Origin: Gemmatimonadota bacterium
Lineage (GTDB): Bacteria > Gemmatimonadota > Gemmatimonadetes > Gemmatimonadales > GWC2-71-9
DNA: 46,442 nucleotides
Direction of reading: 5' to 3'
NCBI GenBank assembly: GCA_003221005.1
Contig: QHTZ01000082.1
Span: forward strand, 1 to 46,442
Shown here piece by piece: positions 18,663 to 27,408 of the stretch (positions are counted from its first letter, which is position 1; every line of letters starts with the position of its first letter). The notes beneath the pieces were generated by a model that was given only the letters and a program-made list of their open reading frames with translations, was not told the origin of the DNA and made no database searches. The translations under genes and the position numbers were made by a program.

Positions 18663-19211
18663 GTGGCGCGGATCTACACGCGAACCGGCGACGCCGGCGA
18701 GACGGGGCTGTTCGGGGGGGAGCGCGTTCCCAAAGACGATCCCCGGGTCGCGGCCTACGGGGACGTGGATGAGCTCAACGCCGCCCTCGGCCTCGCGCTC
18801 GCGCTCGAACCGCAGGAGCAGTCGCGCGACCTGCTCGAGCGGGTCCAGCGGGACCTGTTCACGGTGGGTGCCGAGCTCGCGACCCCCGATCGGGCGCGCC
18901 TCGCGAAGGCCCTACCCGGCGAGCCGATCGGAGACCCGGAGATCGCGGCGCTCGAGCGCGCGATCGACGCGCACGAGGCGCAGCTCACCGCCCTCAGCAA
19001 CTTCATCCTCCCCGGCGGAACGCCGAAGGCGGCGGCGCTGCACCTGGCCCGCACGGTGTGCCGCCGCGCCGAACGCGCCGTGGTCCCGCTGGCGCGAGAC
19101 GGCGCCGCGCCGCCAGCCGTGGTGCGTTACCTGAACCGCCTCTCGGACCTGCTGTTCCTGCTCGCCCGCGCGGCGAACGCGGCGGCCGGCCGCTCCGACG
19201 TCAGGTGGTGA
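18663..19211 (+). CDS. pduO: ATP:cob(I)alamin adenosyltransferase, PduO type
   Basis: RIYTRTGDAGET, AYGDVDELN, FILPGG, RTVCRRAER and YLNRLSDLLF. GTG start at or next to 18663. Confidence 0.93.
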   Translation: MARIYTRTGDAGETGLFGGERVPKDDPRVAAYGDVDELNAALGLALALEPQEQSRDLLERVQRDLFTVGAELATPDRARLAKALPGEPIGDPEIAALERAIDAHEAQLTALSNFILPGGTPKAAALHLARTVCRRAERAVVPLARDGAAPPAVVRYLNRLSDLLFLLARAANAAAGRSDVRW

Positions 19212-20314
19212 CGATCCGCGTCCCGCTGCGCGAAGACCGCGACGCGTCGTACGACATCGTGATCGGCCGCGGCCTTCTGGCGGAGCTGCCGCGATTCCTG
19301 CGGGCGGCCGCTCCCGCGGTCGCGTACGCGGTGGTCAGCGATTCGCACGTAGCGGAGCTCTACGGCGCGCCCCTGGTCGCCCGGCTGGTGGAGGGTGGGT
19401 TGCCCGCGCGTCTGTTCGTCTTTCCGGCCGGGGAGTGGAACAAATCGCGGGAGACCTGGGCGACGCTGTCGGACCAGATGCTCGGCGCACAGCTCGGACG
19501 CGATTGCGCTGTGGTCGCGCTCGGCGGCGGCGTCGTCGGCGACGTCGCCGGGTTCGTCGCCGCCACGTATCTCCGCGGTGTCCCCTACGTGCAGGTGCCC
19601 ACTACGCTGCTCGCCATGATCGATTCGTCGATCGGCGGGAAAACCGGCGTGGACGTGCCGAGCGGCAAGAACCTCCTGGGCGCCTTCCACCAGCCGCGCC
19701 TCGTGGTCGCCGACCTCGAGGTCCTCGGCTCGCTCCCGCCCGTACAGCTCGCCGCCGGAATGGCGGAGGCGGTGAAGCACGGCGTCATCGCCGACGCCGA
19801 CTATTTCGGTTTTCTCGAGACGGCGCACGCCGCCGTGCTCGCACGCGACCCGGGCGCGCTCGAGCGCGCTGTCACCCGCTCGGTCGAGATCAAAGCCGAG
19901 GTGGTCGCGGCCGACGAGCGTGAAGCGGGGCGCCGCGCCATCCTCAACTTCGGCCACACGGTCGGTCACGCCATCGAGGCGACGTCCCGATTCGACGTGC
20001 TGCACGGCGAGGCCGTGGCGATCGGGATGGCGTGCGAGGCACGCCTGGCGGAAGCGCTCACCATCGCGGCGCCGGGCACGGCGCAGCGCGTCCGCCGGCT
20101 GCTCGAGCGGTGCGGGCTGCCGCTGGAGCGTCCCGCGGGTGCCTCGGTGGACGAGCTGCTCCGCGTCATGCAAGTCGACAAGAAGGCGCGCTCGGGGACA
20201 GTGCGGTTCTCGCTGCCGCGGGCCATTGGCGTGATGCATGGCGACGCGGGCGCAGGGTGGACAGTGACCGCGCCGGAGCAGCTGGTGCGGGAAACCCTCG
20301 CGGCCGCCGACTAA
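19208..20314 (+). CDS. aroB: 3-dehydroquinate synthase
   Basis: LGGGVVGDVAGF, VPTTLLAMIDSSIGGKTG, KNLLGAFHQP, LNFGHTVGHAIE and HGEAVAIGM. GTG overlaps the pduO stop. Confidence 0.96.
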   Translation: MTIRVPLREDRDASYDIVIGRGLLAELPRFLRAAAPAVAYAVVSDSHVAELYGAPLVARLVEGGLPARLFVFPAGEWNKSRETWATLSDQMLGAQLGRDCAVVALGGGVVGDVAGFVAATYLRGVPYVQVPTTLLAMIDSSIGGKTGVDVPSGKNLLGAFHQPRLVVADLEVLGSLPPVQLAAGMAEAVKHGVIADADYFGFLETAHAAVLARDPGALERAVTRSVEIKAEVVAADEREAGRRAILNFGHTVGHAIEATSRFDVLHGEAVAIGMACEARLAEALTIAAPGTAQRVRRLLERCGLPLERPAGASVDELLRVMQVDKKARSGTVRFSLPRAIGVMHGDAGAGWTVTAPEQLVRETLAAAD

Positions 20315-20333
20315 TCACATGCCGTCCAACAAC

Positions 20334-20463
20334 TTCCCCACACGGTTCCCACGTCTCCACAGCCGCGCGGTCCCGATCCTTGCGACAAAGTTGTCCACAG
20401 TGTCTGTGGATAGTGGAAAAACGATGGAATCACACCTGCGAGAACACTTTGTGATGTTGATAA
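20334..20463. promoter_or_regulatory. Cluster of DnaA-box-like 9-mers (candidate oriC or DnaA-regulated promoter)
   Basis: TTCCCCACA 20334, GTCTCCACA 20353, TTGTCCACA 20391, and on the reverse strand CTATCCACA 20405-20413, TTTTCCACT 20412-20420, TTATCAACA 20455-20463. Each has 1-2 mismatches to TTATCCACA. Confidence 0.65.
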
Positions 20464-20473
20464 GTGTGCAGAT

Positions 20474-20502
20474 TTGCACCATTTACAAGTGGTTCCTATA
20501 TT
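20474..20502 (+). promoter_or_regulatory. Putative sigma70 promoter of the sigma factor gene
   Basis: TTGCAC-17 nt-TATATT. Confidence 0.65.
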
Positions 20503-20589
20503 GGCGCCGTTGAAATTTGGTCCGTTGGCGGGAGCATCCGGCCCGTCTCCATCCACAACGTGAGCCGTACACCTGTGGGAGTCCCTCGA

Positions 20590-21483
20590 ATGGCCCGGTC
20601 GAGTGGAGGCAAGCCCAAGGCGTTTTTTCGAGCCAATCCATCCGGAGCGTTCGACCAGTACCTGCAAGACATCCAGAAGCTGCCGCTGATCAAAGACCCG
20701 AATGAAGAGCGCCGCCTCGCGCGCCGGGTCCAGCGGGGCGACGAGAAGGCCGCCGAGCGGCTCGTCACCGCCAACCTCCGATTCGTCATCTCCTACGTCA
20801 AGAAGTACCAGGGGCACGGCCTCGACCTCTCCGAGCTGGTTGCTATCGGCAACGAGGGGTTGCTCAAGGCGGTGAAGAAGTTCGACCCCGACCAGGGCGT
20901 GAAATTCATCTCATACGCGGTATGGTGGGTGCGGCAGGCCGTCTTGAAGGCGCTCGCCGAGCAGACGCGCAGCGTCCGCATCCCTCTGAATCAGAACTCG
21001 CAGCTGATTCGCATGAGCCGCACCGAGACCTACCTGTCCCAGGAGTTGGGGCGCGAACCCACCGACAACGAGATCGCCCGAGCGCTCCAGGACACGGTAG
21101 AGAACGTGCGCACGGCGCGCCGCATGACGGCCGCCGAGCTGTCGCTCGATGCGCCGGTGGACCGCAGCGATCGCGATGCCGCCACGCTGGGCGAGCGGTT
21201 CGCCGGGCAGGAGGGCGGGGAGATCGAGGAGAAAACCGACGGCCGCCTGATGCGCGAGTTCATCGACCGCATCTTCCAGAAGTACCTGACGCCGCGCGAG
21301 CGCAAGATCCTGTACCTCTATTACGGCCTCGAGGAGGGGAGCGAGGCGATGACGCTCGAAAAGATCGGAGCGCTGATGGGCGTCACGCGGGAGCGGATCA
21401 GGCAAATACGGGAGCGGGCGTTCGAGAAGTTGCGCGAATCCCCAGACGGAAAGGCACTGAAAGGGTTCTGGAGAGCAGCGTGA
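20590..21483 (+). CDS. RNA polymerase sigma70 factor, RpoD/SigA family, short form lacking region 1.1
   Basis: QYLQDI (1.2), LVTANLRFV, KFISYAVWWVRQA, RSVRIP and TLEKIGALMGVTRERIRQI (4.2). Confidence 0.93.
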   Translation: MARSSGGKPKAFFRANPSGAFDQYLQDIQKLPLIKDPNEERRLARRVQRGDEKAAERLVTANLRFVISYVKKYQGHGLDLSELVAIGNEGLLKAVKKFDPDQGVKFISYAVWWVRQAVLKALAEQTRSVRIPLNQNSQLIRMSRTETYLSQELGREPTDNEIARALQDTVENVRTARRMTAAELSLDAPVDRSDRDAATLGERFAGQEGGEIEEKTDGRLMREFIDRIFQKYLTPRERKILYLYYGLEEGSEAMTLEKIGALMGVTRERIRQIRERAFEKLRESPDGKALKGFWRAA

Positions 21484-21488
21484 CGAGC

Positions 21489-21600
21489 AGACGGGTAGAC
21501 GGGTAGACGGGTAGCGGTTGCTAGGACGAAGTGGTCAGGAGAGCCTTCTCCTGACCACTTTTTGCTGCTCACTCCTACCCGTCTACCCGTCTATCCGTCT
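21489..21600. repeat. Inverted pair of 8-nt tandem repeats enclosing a terminator
   Basis: (AGACGGGT)3 at 21489-21512 and ACCCGTCT ACCCGTCT ATCCGTCT at 21577-21600. Confidence 0.9.
21529..21563 (+). terminator. Intrinsic terminator of the sigma factor gene
   Basis: Perfect 14-bp stem AAGTGGTCAGGAGA/TCTCCTGACCACTT with a GCCT loop, ending in a T-run. Confidence 0.8.
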
Positions 21601-21612
21601 ATACTATTTTCT

Positions 21613-22302
21613 ATGGCTCGCGAGTTGCCGATGTTTCCGCTGCCGATCGTCCTGTTCCCTGGCACTCCCCAGCCGCTTCATATCTTCGAGCCGCGCTACC
21701 GCCAACTGGTCGCCGATTGCCTCGCCGGCGACCGCCGCTTCGGCGTCGCCTACGTCGCCCCCAGGGACGAGCACGCGGGGGAGCCGGCGCCCAACGCCGG
21801 GGATGTCGGCTGCGTCGCGGTCATCCGGACGGCGCACGAGCTGCCCGATGGGCGCTCGAACATCCTCACGGAGGGCGAGCGCCGGTTCGTGCTGCTCGAC
21901 TGGTGCGCGAGCGAGCGCCTGTACCGGCGCGCGCGAGTGGAGGAGTTCGACGACGATCCCATCGACCCCGCTGCAGCGGGCACGCTGGCGGCGGACGTCC
22001 GGGCGGAGTGCGAGCGCTTGACCGCCGCCCTGAACACGCTGACCAGCCGCGACTTCGAGGAGCCGGCCGCGCTGCCTGCCGATCCGACCGCGCTCTCGTT
22101 TCGCGTGGCCGGTGCGCTCGAGCTCGAGCCCGAGGCGAAGCGGGCGTTGCAGGCCGGGCGGAGCACTACGGCGCGCCTGCGCCAGCTAGCGGCACTGCTC
22201 AAGCCGCTCGCGGAGGACGCCACGCGCCGCGCCGTCGTGCGGGAGCGCGCGAAGCGGAACGGCCGCGGCGGCGCCCACTCGGAGATCGAGCGCGCCTCGT
22301 GA
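21613..22302 (+). CDS. Stand-alone LON peptidase substrate-binding domain protein
   Basis: LPMFPLPIVLFPG, PLHIFEPRYRQLV and LPDGRSNI. Confidence 0.9.
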   Translation: MARELPMFPLPIVLFPGTPQPLHIFEPRYRQLVADCLAGDRRFGVAYVAPRDEHAGEPAPNAGDVGCVAVIRTAHELPDGRSNILTEGERRFVLLDWCASERLYRRARVEEFDDDPIDPAAAGTLAADVRAECERLTAALNTLTSRDFEEPAALPADPTALSFRVAGALELEPEAKRALQAGRSTTARLRQLAALLKPLAEDATRRAVVRERAKRNGRGGAHSEIERAS

Positions 22303-23822
22303 TCGACCACGCGCTGGTGGAGGCCCTGACGCAGATCGTCGGCGAGCGGCACGTGCGCACCGCCGGCGCGGAGCGCGCCACCTACGCGAAGGACGGTCTG
22401 ACCGTACACCGACGCCTCCCCGCGGTCGTGGTCCTCCCCGGCAGCCGGGACGAGGTGATCGCTGTCGTGCGTCTACTCGCCGTACACGGGGTGCCGTTCG
22501 TGCCCAGGGGCGCGGGCACCGGGCTCTCGGGCGGGGCGCTCGCCGACCAGGATGCCGTGCTCCTCGTGCTGACCCGGCTCAACCGCATCCTCAAGGTCGA
22601 TCCGCGGAACCGCGTCGCCACGGTCGAGCCGGGCGTCGTCAACGTCAAGCTCTCGGTGGCGGCCGCCCCGCATGGCCTGCTGTACGCTCCCGATCCATCG
22701 AGCCAGAGCGCCTGCACCATCGGCGGCAACGTGGCGGAAAACGCGGGTGGTCCCCATTGCCTCAAGTACGGCGTCACCGCGACCCACGTGCTCGCGCTCG
22801 AGGTCGTGCTGGCGGACGGGCAGGTGATACAGCTCGGGAGCCCCGGCGGCGAGGCCTGGGGGCCCGACCTCGTCGGCCTGTTCGTCGGATCCGAGGGCAA
22901 CTTCGGGGTCGCCACGCGGATCACCGTCCGCCTGCTCCCTGTGCCGCGCGCCGTGCGGACGCTGCTCGCCGACTTCCCGGCGCTGCGGACGGCGGGCGAG
23001 GCCGTCTCCGCGGTGATCGCGAGCGGCATCGTGCCCGCCGCGCTCGAAATGATGGATCACTCCTGCATCCAGGCCGTGGAAGATTCGGTGTACGCGGCGG
23101 GGTACCCGCGCGACGCCGCTGCCGTGCTGCTCGTCGAGCTCGACGGACGCGTCGACGATTCCGTCGCCGCGGACGCGGCCAGCGTCGAAGCCATTCTCAA
23201 GGACCACGGGGCGCGCTCGGTGCGGACCGCGGTGGACGCGCGCGAGCGGGAGCGGCTGTGGCAGGGCCGCAAGAAAGCGTTTGGCGCGATGGGTCGCCTG
23301 TCGCGCGACCTCGTCGTCCAAGACGCGGTGGTGCCGCGGTCGTCGCTCCCCGACGTGCTCGAGGCGATCGGTCGGATCGGCGAGCGCTACGGCCTGACCG
23401 TGAGTAACGTGTTCCACGCCGGGGACGGAAACCTGCACCCCAACATCTCGTTCGACGGCCGCATCCCCGGCCTGCGGGCGCGGGTGGATGCTGCGAGCGG
23501 TGAGATGATGGCCGCGTGCATCGTGGCGGGGGGCACCATCACCGGGGAGCACGGCATTGGGCTCGACAAGCTGCGCTACATGCCCCTCATCTTCGACGGC
23601 GACTCGCTCACCGCGATGCGCGGCGTGCGACGCGTCTTCGATCCCGCGGAGCGGGTCAACCCGGGGAAGGTGGTGCCCGTGCACGCGTGCCGGGAGTGGG
23701 CGGGAGTGCGGAATGCGGAGTTCCAAGCGCGGAACGCGGAAGTGGGAACGCGGAGCGCGTCGCGAGGAGACGGCGTGAGCAGTTCCGCGCTCCGCGTTCC
23801 GAGTTCCGCGGTGGGATCATGA
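22299..23822 (+). CDS. glcD: Glycolate oxidase FAD subunit GlcD-like, with repeat-derived C-terminal tail
   Basis: PRGAGTGLSGG, PDPSSQ, IGGNVAENAGGPHCLKYG, GSEG, HAGDGNLHP, GEHGIG and NPGK. Confidence 0.9.
   Translation: MIDHALVEALTQIVGERHVRTAGAERATYAKDGLTVHRRLPAVVVLPGSRDEVIAVVRLLAVHGVPFVPRGAGTGLSGGALADQDAVLLVLTRLNRILKVDPRNRVATVEPGVVNVKLSVAAAPHGLLYAPDPSSQSACTIGGNVAENAGGPHCLKYGVTATHVLALEVVLADGQVIQLGSPGGEAWGPDLVGLFVGSEGNFGVATRITVRLLPVPRAVRTLLADFPALRTAGEAVSAVIASGIVPAALEMMDHSCIQAVEDSVYAAGYPRDAAAVLLVELDGRVDDSVAADAASVEAILKDHGARSVRTAVDARERERLWQGRKKAFGAMGRLSRDLVVQDAVVPRSSLPDVLEAIGRIGERYGLTVSNVFHAGDGNLHPNISFDGRIPGLRARVDAASGEMMAACIVAGGTITGEHGIGLDKLRYMPLIFDGDSLTAMRGVRRVFDPAERVNPGKVVPVHACREWAGVRNAEFQARNAEVGTRSASRGDGVSSSALRVPSSAVGS
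23702..23810. repeat. Inverted 7-nt tandem repeats (GCGGAAC/GTTCCGC family) inside the glcD 3' end
   Basis: GCGGAAT GCGGAGT ... GCGGAAC GCGGAAGT GGGAAC GCGGAGC, then GTTCCGC GCTCCGC GTTCCGA GTTCCGC. Confidence 0.85.
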
Positions 23823-25042
23823 AGATCGTCGAACGGGTGAAGGCGCTGCTAGGCCGCGACGCCGTGCTCGAGGATACGGGGGCGCCGGACGGCCTGCCGC
23901 GCGTGGCCCCTGCCTCGCCGGACGCGGTGGCGCTGCTGCTCGGCACCGCGCGCGAAGAAGGCTGGCGCGTCCGCGTCGAAGGCGCGGGCACGTGGATGCC
24001 TGCCGACGCCGCCGCCGACCTGGCGCTCACCACCCGGCGCCTCGACCGCGTCCCGTCGATCCAGCCGCAGGACCTCGCCGCCACTGCCGAAGCCGGCATC
24101 GGGTGCGACCAGCTGCGCCAGCAGCTCGCCGACCGCGGCGCCTGGCTCGCGCTCGATCCTCCCGGACTCGCCGGCCGCACGCTCGGATCGGTCGTGGCCA
24201 CGGCGACCGCCGGACCGCTGCGCCACGGGTTCGGCGCGGTGCGCGACCATCTCGTCGGCGTCACGTTCGTGACCGGCGATGGCCGCCTCGTTCAGAGCGG
24301 CGGCCGGGTGATGAAAAACGTGGCGGGCTACGACCTCACCAAGCTGCAGGCGGGCGGCTTCGGCGCATTCGGCGTCATCGTGCTCGTGCACCTGCGCCTG
24401 CGCGCGCTTCCGCGGGTGGATCAGACGCTCGTCCTCGAGGGATCGCGCGAGGACCTGTCGCGGGTGGCCGACGACATCACGGCCGCCGGCCTCACCCTGG
24501 CGGCGCTGGAGTTGTTTTCACCAGCCCTCGCCCGCCGCGATCGCTGGGTCCTCGCGGTGCGTCTCGCGGGCTCCGCCGCCCTCGTCGGGGCCGAGGAAGC
24601 CGGGTTGCGGTCGGCGACCGGGGGCCAGTTCTCGGCGCTGCGTGCCGACGAGGCGCACGCGTTCTGGATGCGAGCGGCGGAGGCGTTCGCCACGCGACCG
24701 GTCACCTTCCGCGTCGGCGGGCTCCCCGACTCGAGCGATGACCTGCTCGACCTCATCCAGCATCAGGTAGGTGACGAGTGGGTATCGGCGAGCCCCGGCG
24801 CCGGCACCCTGCGCTGGACGGGCGAGACGACCGTCGACCGGCTGCGGCGGCTGCGTCGCACGCTCGCCGCTCAGGAGGTCCCCCTCACGGTGGAACGCGC
24901 CGCCTGGCCGCTGCGCCGCGCCGTGGGCCACTTCGGCGCCTACCGCGAAGGCGTGGGCCCCCTCGTCGCGGGGTTGCGGCACACCTTCGATCCCGGAAAC
25001 GCGATCGCGGTCGCGGTCGAAAGCGAGGACCGTGCCGGTTGA
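23819..25042 (+). CDS. glcE: Glycolate oxidase subunit GlcE-like
   Basis: GGRVMKNVAGYDLTKL signature. Lies between glcD and glcF. Confidence 0.88.
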   Translation: MKIVERVKALLGRDAVLEDTGAPDGLPRVAPASPDAVALLLGTAREEGWRVRVEGAGTWMPADAAADLALTTRRLDRVPSIQPQDLAATAEAGIGCDQLRQQLADRGAWLALDPPGLAGRTLGSVVATATAGPLRHGFGAVRDHLVGVTFVTGDGRLVQSGGRVMKNVAGYDLTKLQAGGFGAFGVIVLVHLRLRALPRVDQTLVLEGSREDLSRVADDITAAGLTLAALELFSPALARRDRWVLAVRLAGSAALVGAEEAGLRSATGGQFSALRADEAHAFWMRAAEAFATRPVTFRVGGLPDSSDDLLDLIQHQVGDEWVSASPGAGTLRWTGETTVDRLRRLRRTLAAQEVPLTVERAAWPLRRAVGHFGAYREGVGPLVAGLRHTFDPGNAIAVAVESEDRAG

Positions 25043-26324
25043 CGCCGTCGCGGAGGCGCGCGGCGGATTCGCAGCGCTCGACTCCTGCGTCCATTGCGGC
25101 TTCTGTCTCCAGGCGTGCCCCACGTTCCTCGCAACGGGCGACGAGGCCGACAGCCCGCGCGGCCGCATCGAGCTCATGCGTGCCCTCGAGCGCGGGGAGC
25201 TCACGGCCGACGACCCCTACGTGGTCGAGCACCTCGATCGCTGCCTCGGCTGTCGCGGCTGCGAGCCGGTGTGCCCCTCGGGCGTGGGCTACGGCCACGG
25301 CCTCGAAGCGGCGCGGGAGCTGATCGCGGCCGCGCGGCCCCTCCCCTGGCTCGCACGCGCGGCGCTCGCCGCCTTGACCACGCCCGGGCTCTCGGGGTTG
25401 GTGTACGCGCTCGCCCGTGCGCTGCGCGTCACGGGGATCCCGGGCTGGCTGGCGGGATGGGGGCGGGTGGGGTTTGCGATGGGAATGCTGGCGAGTACGG
25501 CGCCGACGGGCGGTAAGCGGCGGAATGGGGCGGTACGGGGCGGTAGGAGTCACGCCGCGCCGACCGCCTCTGACCGCCCGTTACCGCCCCTTACCGCCCT
25601 GCTGTTCCGCGGCTGCATCATGGACGGCCTCTTCTCCCATGTGCACGATGCCACGGTCCGCGCCCTCACGGTGAATGGCTACGAGGTCACGGATGTCCCC
25701 GGGCAGGTGTGCTGCGGGGCATTACACGTGCACGCGGGGCTGCGAGACGCCGCCCGGGCGTTGGCGCGCCGCAACCTCAGCGCGTTCGGTGAGGGGGACG
25801 AGCCGATCGTCGTCAACAGCGCCGGCTGCGGAGCGCTGCTGAAACAGTATGGAGACCTGCTCGACCTTACCCCCGCAGCGAGCGCTGGGGCAAGGTTCGC
25901 CGCCCGCGTCCGCGATGTCACAGAGCTCCTGGCCGCGCGCGGCCCAGTGCCGGGCGCACCGCTGGACACGCGGGTGGCGTACGATCCCCCCTGCCACCTG
26001 CTTCACGCCCAGCGCATCGCGGAGCCACCGCTCCAGATGTTCCGCGCCATTCCGGTGCTCCAGCTGGTCGCGACGCCGGACGCCGCGCAGTGTTGTGGCA
26101 GCGCCGGGTTGTTCACGCTGGTGCAGCCCGGCATGTCCCGCGCGGTGCTGGCGCCCAAGGTCGCGTCGCTGCGCGAGGCGGCCCCGCAGGTGGTCGCGAC
26201 CGGCAACCCCGGCTGCCTGATGCAGCTCGGTGCGGGACTGCGGGCGGCGCGCATCCCTGCGCGCACGCGACATCCGGTCGAGCTGCTCGACGACTCGTAT
26301 CGGGCGGCAGGCTACTATGCCTGA
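25032..26324 (+). CDS. glcF: Glycolate oxidase iron-sulfur subunit GlcF-like
   Basis: CVHCGFCLQACP, SPRGRI, CLGCRGCEPVCPSGV and two CCG domains. Confidence 0.9.
   Translation: MPVDAVAEARGGFAALDSCVHCGFCLQACPTFLATGDEADSPRGRIELMRALERGELTADDPYVVEHLDRCLGCRGCEPVCPSGVGYGHGLEAARELIAAARPLPWLARAALAALTTPGLSGLVYALARALRVTGIPGWLAGWGRVGFAMGMLASTAPTGGKRRNGAVRGGRSHAAPTASDRPLPPLTALLFRGCIMDGLFSHVHDATVRALTVNGYEVTDVPGQVCCGALHVHAGLRDAARALARRNLSAFGEGDEPIVVNSAGCGALLKQYGDLLDLTPAASAGARFAARVRDVTELLAARGPVPGAPLDTRVAYDPPCHLLHAQRIAEPPLQMFRAIPVLQLVATPDAAQCCGSAGLFTLVQPGMSRAVLAPKVASLREAAPQVVATGNPGCLMQLGAGLRAARIPARTRHPVELLDDSYRAAGYYA
25508..25599. repeat. Inverted 10-nt tandem repeats in frame within glcF
   Basis: Four GGGGCGGTA-like units followed by four TTACCGCCCC-like units, period 10. 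Confidence 0.85.
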
Positions 26325-27342
26325 CGGCCTCAAGCGCCTCGATCCGCAGGAGGTGACCCCGGTCCTCTTCACGGCGCTCCAGACGGGAGCCGTAATCGGG
26401 CCGGCGGACGTGGGCGTGCTGGCCGTATCGGGTCCCGGCGCGGTGCAGTGTATCCAGGGGCTCCTCACGAACGACATCGAGAAGCCGGGCGACGATGCGT
26501 TCGTCTACGGCGCGCTGCTCACGCCGAAGGGCATGATCGTGGTGGACGGGTGGGCGGCGCGGCAGGGAACGACGGTGACTTTTACCGTTCCGGCGGAGGC
26601 GAGGGAGCGCGCGCTGGCCATCTTCATGCGCGCGCTGCCGCCGCGGCTCGCGCAGCCCCGCGACCAGTCGCCTGAGGTCGCGGTATTCCGGCTTGCGGGG
26701 CCGCAGGCGCTGGTGGTCGCGCAAACCGCGGGACTCGTCCTACCGTCGGCACCGGGACGCGTCACGCGCCCCGCGGCAGGCGCGCCGGCGTGGGCGGTGG
26801 CGCGCGCCAGCGAGCAGGCGCCGTTCACGCTCCAGATCACCGCGCCCGCGTCGGAGGCCGCCCGCGTGACCGAGCGCCTCACCGCGGCAGGCGCACTCGC
26901 CGCCGGCGCCGCGGCGCTCGAATGCGCTCGCATCCTGGCGGGATGGCCGCGGCTCGGCGCCGAAGTGGACGACAAGACGATCCCGCAGGAGGTGCGCTTC
27001 GACGAGCTGAACGGCGTGTCCTATACGAAGGGCTGCTACACGGGGCAGGAAACGGTGTCGCGGCTGCACTTTCGCGGCCACGTGAATCGCTACCTGCGCG
27101 GTCTGCTGTTCGATGCCGAGCCCGCGGACGGCAGTACCGGCGTCGTCCACCTGGATCGCGAGGCGGGTCGCGTGACGAGCGTGATGTGGGCGCCCGAGCC
27201 CCGGATCGCGGGCGGCGGGCGGTGGGTCGGGCTCGCGATCCTCCGCCGGGAGGTCGGGCCCGGCGCCATCGTACGCGCTGGCGGGCGCGACGCGCGCGTC
27301 GTCGAGCTGCCATTCGCGACGCCGTTCATTGCTCCCGCCTGA
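26317..27342 (+). CDS. ygfZ: YgfZ/GcvT-like folate-binding Fe-S maturation protein
   Basis: QGLLTND, LTPKG and the signature KGCYTGQE. Confidence 0.88.
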   Translation: MPDGLKRLDPQEVTPVLFTALQTGAVIGPADVGVLAVSGPGAVQCIQGLLTNDIEKPGDDAFVYGALLTPKGMIVVDGWAARQGTTVTFTVPAEARERALAIFMRALPPRLAQPRDQSPEVAVFRLAGPQALVVAQTAGLVLPSAPGRVTRPAAGAPAWAVARASEQAPFTLQITAPASEAARVTERLTAAGALAAGAAALECARILAGWPRLGAEVDDKTIPQEVRFDELNGVSYTKGCYTGQETVSRLHFRGHVNRYLRGLLFDAEPADGSTGVVHLDREAGRVTSVMWAPEPRIAGGGRWVGLAILRREVGPGAIVRAGGRDARVVELPFATPFIAPA

Positions 27343-27346
27343 GGGG

Positions 27347-27381
27347 AAACGAAAAGCCCGGGGCAGCTGGCGGTCCCGGGC
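27347..27381 (-). terminator. Putative intrinsic terminator for the small lipoprotein gene (convergent with ygfZ)
   Basis: GCCCGGGGC/GTCCCGGGC stem followed on the minus strand by TTTTCGTTT. Confidence 0.6.
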
Positions 27382-27408
27382 ATCGTCTGCGCCACAAACG
27401 GCGCGCGC

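Noticed and set aside
27340-27366. GAGGGGAAACGAAAAGCCCGGGG, resembling the 3' tail of ykkC/guanidine-I riboswitches
   Set aside because: The upstream aptamer half is absent (it is ygfZ coding sequence) and no co-oriented gene follows directly. It is explained by the minus-strand terminator.
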